From NCBI GenBank assembly GCA_018672055.1, contig JABHGM010000001.1, forward strand, positions 824,093 through 888,092: 64,000 bases of DNA, read 5' to 3'. Source of the DNA: a bacterium. GTDB lineage: Bacteria > Patescibacteriota > Patescibacteriia > UBA1558 > UBA10009. Below the pieces are notes generated by a model, which ran no database searches, had not been told where the DNA came from, and saw only the letters and a list, made by a program, of their open reading frames with translations. The translations under genes were made by a program, and so were the position numbers. This document shows, one piece after another, positions 57,386-64,000 of this stretch; the first letter of the stretch is position 1; each line of letters opens with the position of its first letter.

Positions 57386-58027
57386 ATGAAATTTACATTT
57401 AAAACAGAAATTATACCTATTATAATAATATTAATCTCAGTTATATTATCTGGCTACTTTTATTCAGTTTTTCCAGATCAAGTACCAATCCATTGGAACT
57501 TTCAAGGTGAAGTAGATAATTGGGGTTCTAAATTTATGGGTGCTTTTTTAATGCCACTTATGGCTATAGGTATGTACTTATTATTTTTAATACTACCCCT
57601 TATTGATCCTAAGAAAGATAAGTATAAGCAATTTAATAAAGTATATTTACTATTTAGAAATTTAATTATTCTAATGCTATTTGCTATATACATAATTAGT
57701 TCATTAAATGCCTTAGGTTATAAAATTAGAGTTGAAGTATGGATTCCATTTTTAATTGGTATACTATTTATTGTAATGGGAAATTACTTTGGCAAAATAA
57801 AACCCAATTGGTTTATGGGTATTAGAACACCTTGGACATTATCATCTGATGAAGTTTGGTTAAAAACACATAGACTAGGTGGTAAGTTATTTATGGCATT
57901 AGGCTTCCTCTTAATTATATCCCCTTCTCTACCACATCAATCTCTATTATTCACTCTTATTATTCCAATCATGATAGTAGTAATGGTACCTGTAATATAT
58001 TCATATATATTATTTAAAAATAAATAA
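57386..58027 (+). CDS. SdpI/YhfL-family membrane protein (DUF1648 plus SdpI domain)
   Basis: VPIHWNFQGEVDNWGSK motif with about 6 TM helices. Operon with the ArsR-like gene. Confidence 0.65.
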   Translation: MKFTFKTEIIPIIIILISVILSGYFYSVFPDQVPIHWNFQGEVDNWGSKFMGAFLMPLMAIGMYLLFLILPLIDPKKDKYKQFNKVYLLFRNLIILMLFAIYIISSLNALGYKIRVEVWIPFLIGILFIVMGNYFGKIKPNWFMGIRTPWTLSSDEVWLKTHRLGGKLFMALGFLLIISPSLPHQSLLFTLIIPIMIVVMVPVIYSYILFKNK

Positions 58028-58098
58028 TATAAATAAAAAATAGCTGAACTTCATGCTCAGCTATTCATATTCTTAAGAATATGTTACACAAGCCATAT

Positions 58099-58530
58099 TT
58101 AGTTATGCCAAGGATTTTTTAATCTGAGATACCTATAATTTAAATAGATACAAGATCCTAAAATAATAAAGCCAGCAATGAACAAAAATCCCATCCAAAA
58201 TAATCCTTTAAATTCTTTCTTGGAAAGAAAATGTTTAATTCCTGTTTCAGAAACAATATCTATCATTACATTCTTTAAAACAGATAATTTAACATCTTCA
58301 AGTTCTAGTGAACTGACAGAATTCATAATCTTCTCATGATCAATGTCTGGAAACTCTAACTTGAAAGCTTCAACTAATCCAGAAGATGTTTGACATTTAT
58401 CCAACGTTTCACTTATTTCAGCTGCTTTAGTTTCTGATAAATTATTATAATTAAATATTTTAGTACCTGCTTTAAGCATCATTAGAAACCCAATCAAGCC
58501 TATTATAAACAATATTTTTTTAATGAACAT
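58099..58530 (-). CDS. hypothetical membrane-anchored protein
   Basis: N- and C-terminal TM helices. Confidence 0.4.
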   Translation of the reverse strand: MFIKKILFIIGLIGFLMMLKAGTKIFNYNNLSETKAAEISETLDKCQTSSGLVEAFKLEFPDIDHEKIMNSVSSLELEDVKLSVLKNVMIDIVSETGIKHFLSKKEFKGLFWMGFLFIAGFIILGSCIYLNYRYLRLKNPWHN

Positions 58531-58628
58531 CTTATTCCCCCTTTATTTAACTGTAAAATATCTTATTATATTAACTAAATAAAGTCAATCAAAAAAGAAC
58601 TTAAATAAAGTTCTATTTTTAATATATT

Positions 58629-59546
58629 TTATATTATATCCTTATGTTTAAAATAAGCAAAAAGAGCAATGATTATTATAGCTACGCCACCAAATATGTA
58701 CCAAACTAAAGATTCATTATGAATAAGAGGTAAATTACTTAAATTCATACCATAAATACCAGTAAGTAAAGTAAGGGGCAACATAGCAACTGAAAATATT
58801 GCTAAAACTTTCATTACCTTATTTAATCTATATGAAGATAATGATTCATTAGTTTCATGTAAACCACTAATTAATTCTTTTAAGTTTGTTAAGTTAGTAT
58901 ATATTCTACCAATAAAATCATTAATATCATCAAAGTAATTAGCTAAATCAGTACTTAAATAATCTTTCTTTAAAATAACAATTCTTTTAAATACAGAACG
59001 TTGAGGATCCATCATAGCCCTAAAAGCTAAAACATTTCTTCTAGCTTGAGCTAAATCTTTAACTATTTTTTTAGTACCTTCTTCAAAAACAGCTTTTTCG
59101 ATTCTATTTATTTCTCTAGCTAACCAATCAATTATATTAAATGAAGCACGATAGAGATTATCTAAAATATGATACAAGAGTAAGGCAGCTTTTCCATTAA
59201 ATATTTCTTTTTGTAATTTTTTATTAGTACCAACTCTGTAAAAAAATTGATTTAAACTTTTAATACGTTTCTTTTGAATAGTAATAACATAATCTTTACC
59301 TAAAAATATATCTAACTCATGTGAACCAATTAAATTAGAATCTTTATAAGTAACAGGAAAACGTAAGATTATAAAAGCGTAATTATTATATACATCTATT
59401 TTAGATCTTTGAAATTCACCTTTTACATCTTTAATATCAAGTGGATGAAACTTATAATTATCAACTAAAAATTTAATATCATTATTATCAGGTTCAATGA
59501 TATTTATCCAAGTAATATTATTAAATTTTTTAGTCTTTACTGCCAT
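58629..59546 (-). CDS. corA: CorA-family magnesium/cobalt transporter
   Basis: YGMN signature (GIYGMNLSNLP) and 2 C-terminal TM helices. Confidence 0.85.
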   Translation of the reverse strand: MAVKTKKFNNITWINIIEPDNNDIKFLVDNYKFHPLDIKDVKGEFQRSKIDVYNNYAFIILRFPVTYKDSNLIGSHELDIFLGKDYVITIQKKRIKSLNQFFYRVGTNKKLQKEIFNGKAALLLYHILDNLYRASFNIIDWLAREINRIEKAVFEEGTKKIVKDLAQARRNVLAFRAMMDPQRSVFKRIVILKKDYLSTDLANYFDDINDFIGRIYTNLTNLKELISGLHETNESLSSYRLNKVMKVLAIFSVAMLPLTLLTGIYGMNLSNLPLIHNESLVWYIFGGVAIIIIALFAYFKHKDII

Positions 59547-59549
59547 ATA

Positions 59550-61607
<2,058 letters not shown>

Positions 61608-61777
61608 TTAAATAAATAAAAAATTGAATTAAATATACTAAATTAATGGCTAACATTAGCCTATTATTATGGCTTAATAATATCATATTTTTACCTAAAA
61701 TGCAAGCTTTTTTATGATAAAAAAAGACCTGCGTTAACAGACTTTACCAAATTACCTATAACAAAATATAGTACTAA

Positions 61778-62731
61778 TTATATTGATTTTTCTTTAAAAA
61801 ATTCCCAAATTATATCAGGTCTTTTTTTATTAATAAAACTCTTTGGTATACCATGTCCAACATCAAATAGACTAATTAATACAATCTCAACATTATCATT
61901 ACAACCGTTATATCTTGTAAACTTAGCGTCTTGTTGATTATTTATAACAGGTCCTAATTCACAATTATTTAAATTAGCCCAAAACTCAAGAGCATTTTCA
62001 GCTGACATAAAATTAATACCTAAGATACCAGTTCCTCCATTATATGTCACTGTTGTATCATCTACGCCATGGATTAATAAAGTAGAAATTGAATATCCAT
62101 CATCAAATTCAACTTTAGATTCTAATGAACCAGCCAGTGAACTAAAAGCAGCAAAAGTGTCTTCTAACTCTAAGGCTAAACGATGTGCCAAGCCAGCCCC
62201 ATTTGAGCTACCTACAACATATACCCTGCTCTCATCAATGTTGTAATTTAACTTTAAATATTTAATTAAAGAATCAATATAATCTACATCATCTATATTA
62301 TCATAATCTGTTTCTTCTAATATCGTTGAATTCCATCTCTTATCAAAACCTTGAGGATAAACGCCTATAAATTCATTCCTATCTACCAAATGTTTAAAAT
62401 CTCTTAAAAACTTCTTGTAAGTACCACCGCTTCCATGAAAACCTAAAACAAGAGGATATTCATTATTACCATAATCTTCAGGTAGATCAATAAAATATTC
62501 TCTATCCATACCATCATGTTTAAAAGTCATCAAACCTTCTAAATTGTCATTATCTAATATATTACTCTCATCATCAGATATATTATTCTTATCGTTGAAA
62601 TTAAAATTTTCAATAAATGAATTATTTCTAATTTCACTATTATCTAAATAATTAGTTTCTTTAATTACTAAAACTATAACTAATACTATAATTATTAGAG
62701 ATAAAAAAAATATTAAAAATTTATTTTTCAT
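61778..62731 (-). CDS. secreted alpha/beta-hydrolase (esterase/PHB-depolymerase-like family)
   Basis: Signal/TM anchor, HGSGG oxyanion motif, GSSNGAG nucleophile elbow. Confidence 0.6.
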   Translation of the reverse strand: MKNKFLIFFLSLIIIVLVIVLVIKETNYLDNSEIRNNSFIENFNFNDKNNISDDESNILDNDNLEGLMTFKHDGMDREYFIDLPEDYGNNEYPLVLGFHGSGGTYKKFLRDFKHLVDRNEFIGVYPQGFDKRWNSTILEETDYDNIDDVDYIDSLIKYLKLNYNIDESRVYVVGSSNGAGLAHRLALELEDTFAAFSSLAGSLESKVEFDDGYSISTLLIHGVDDTTVTYNGGTGILGINFMSAENALEFWANLNNCELGPVINNQQDAKFTRYNGCNDNVEIVLISLFDVGHGIPKSFINKKRPDIIWEFFKEKSI

Positions 62732-62742
62732 ATATTTATTTT

Positions 62743-63129
62743 CTAACTTGAAAAAGTATCCTCATTCTCACCAGTAGGGACACCTTCTATTAAATTATTT
62801 ACTTCTTCTTGAGGTTGTTCTTTTTTAATTTCCTTAGCTCCATCAGAAAATTCAATTTTAATACCACCCACGAATTTAACAGTCATATTATATAACCAAG
62901 CAACAATTGCTCCAATTACAAAACTAGAGATACCTACCAAGATAGCTAATAAGAAATTAGCTAGTATTCCAGAGCCTAAACTTATAAAATCAGCTGTTTT
63001 AAGGACAAATATGCCCATTATGAAGTAAAAAATGCTTATTACTACTCCAACTACTAAATAAACTCCAGACATCAATATAGCTGAGAATTTAGCGATTGAT
63101 AAAATACCTAGCTTTTTAATTTCTAACAT
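62743..63129 (-). CDS. hypothetical membrane protein
   Basis: 3 TM helices. Confidence 0.4.
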   Translation of the reverse strand: MLEIKKLGILSIAKFSAILMSGVYLVVGVVISIFYFIMGIFVLKTADFISLGSGILANFLLAILVGISSFVIGAIVAWLYNMTVKFVGGIKIEFSDGAKEIKKEQPQEEVNNLIEGVPTGENEDTFSS

Positions 63130-63130
63130 A

Positions 63131-64000
63131 TTATCTTATTTCAACTTTAAATTTTTTAATTAATTTATTTACTATATCTTTTCTAATTTTTTCAACTTCA
63201 CTTGTTTCTAAAGTTTTTTTCTCATCTAAAAAGTGTATATGAAAAGCTAAAGACTTTTTATCCCCGCCTAACTTTGAAACTTGATAAACATCAAATAATT
63301 TAACATCTTGAATTAATTTACTACTTGATTCTACTTCATGTTTAATATCAGCCCAGGAAACATCATCAGAAACGCTTAATGATAAGTCATAAGTCATTCC
63401 AGGGTACTTAGGTAAAGACTTATACTTCTTTTTATCTGTTACATATTTAATAATCTCTGAATAATTAATTTGCCAATAACTTACACTTACTTTAATATCA
63501 TTTTTATTTAAATACTTATCATCTATTTCTCCTAAATAACCCACTTCTCTATCCCCAACTATTATCTCTAAACGTTTTGATTTATTTAAAATATTTGATA
63601 GTACTTTTTTCTTTACTTTAAATTCATACTTAACTTCTAACTCATTTAACAAAGTTTCAATAATTCCTTTTACTTGATTAAAGCCATTCTTATTTACACA
63701 AACACCTGCTAGCTCTTTACTTTGAGAAGCTAAAAATTCTTTTTTCTTAGGACCTGTATGATATTCACCTGTTTTATCTAAATAAACTCTACCAAGTTCA
63801 AATAGATTAAACTCTTTAAAAAATCGTAAATTCTTAGATACATTACTTAACAAATTAAATAGTAGTGTAGTTCTTAAATATTTTTGATCAACCGATAATG
63901 TATTTTTAAGTTCTAAATGATCTTTAATATTTAAATCTAAATTACTAATCTGCTTTTCTGAAATAAATGAATAATTCAAAACTTCATTTAAACCACATAT
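63131..64000 (-). CDS. pheT: phenylalanyl-tRNA synthetase beta subunit, C-terminal part (gene continues beyond the window end)
   Basis: B5 and FDX-ACB C-terminal domains (…SLAFHIHFLDEKKTLETSEVEKIRKDIV…). Confidence 0.7.
   Translation of the reverse strand: MCGLNEVLNYSFISEKQISNLDLNIKDHLELKNTLSVDQKYLRTTLLFNLLSNVSKNLRFFKEFNLFELGRVYLDKTGEYHTGPKKKEFLASQSKELAGVCVNKNGFNQVKGIIETLLNELEVKYEFKVKKKVLSNILNKSKRLEIIVGDREVGYLGEIDDKYLNKNDIKVSVSYWQINYSEIIKYVTDKKKYKSLPKYPGMTYDLSLSVSDDVSWADIKHEVESSSKLIQDVKLFDVYQVSKLGGDKKSLAFHIHFLDEKKTLETSEVEKIRKDIVNKLIKKFKVEIR

Overview
This is an AT-rich (about 30% GC) bacterial chromosomal segment. The gene content suggests a reduced-genome lineage, possibly candidate phyla radiation (Patescibacteria), but this is inference only. 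Gene density is high and most genes lie on the minus strand. Lysine-rich tails occur on GyrB and L31 and an E/K-rich tail on L25. TGA is used as a stop codon (prfA, thyA), so the standard code 11 applies.

Recognisable housekeeping genes are present: rpsB-tsf-pyrH, rpmE-prfA-prmC, rplY, ftsW/rodA, dnaE, thrS (behind a T-box leader), a miaB-like gene, miaA, gatB, secE-nusG-rplK, rplA, corA, gyrB and the 3' part of pheT. There is also a tight thymidylate/dNTP cluster (dCMP deaminase, dut, folA, thyA, tmk and two P-loop kinases). At the left end is a group-3b-like [NiFe] hydrogenase set: beta and gamma subunits, then four unrelated genes, then the start of the delta subunit. No tRNA, rRNA or CRISPR array was found.

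The most interesting region is about 10.9-23.1 kb. It is an accessory island inserted at the 3' end of gap (GAPDH). The last ~35 codons of gap, plus the ~65 nt downstream, are duplicated as a direct repeat of about 170 bp (about 12955-13124 and about 22916-23083). Older, degenerate gap C-terminal remnants lie beside copy A. The repeats bracket three genes: an OLD-family ATPase/Toprim nuclease; a ~2,400-aa SpvB/FG-GAP/RHS (YD-repeat) polymorphic-toxin protein, interrupted by one in-frame TAA and ending in a LysM-containing variable C-terminal domain; and a small candidate immunity gene. Immediately outside copy A sit a 660-aa large serine recombinase and an unusual asparaginase-like/ribbon-helix-helix fusion protein.

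Other notable items are a long nested hairpin upstream of the hydrogenase genes, a RelE/YafQ-ParD toxin-antitoxin pair with a perfect palindromic operator, an SdpR/SdpI-like pair, and an archaeal-type AsnA-like gene next to gatB.
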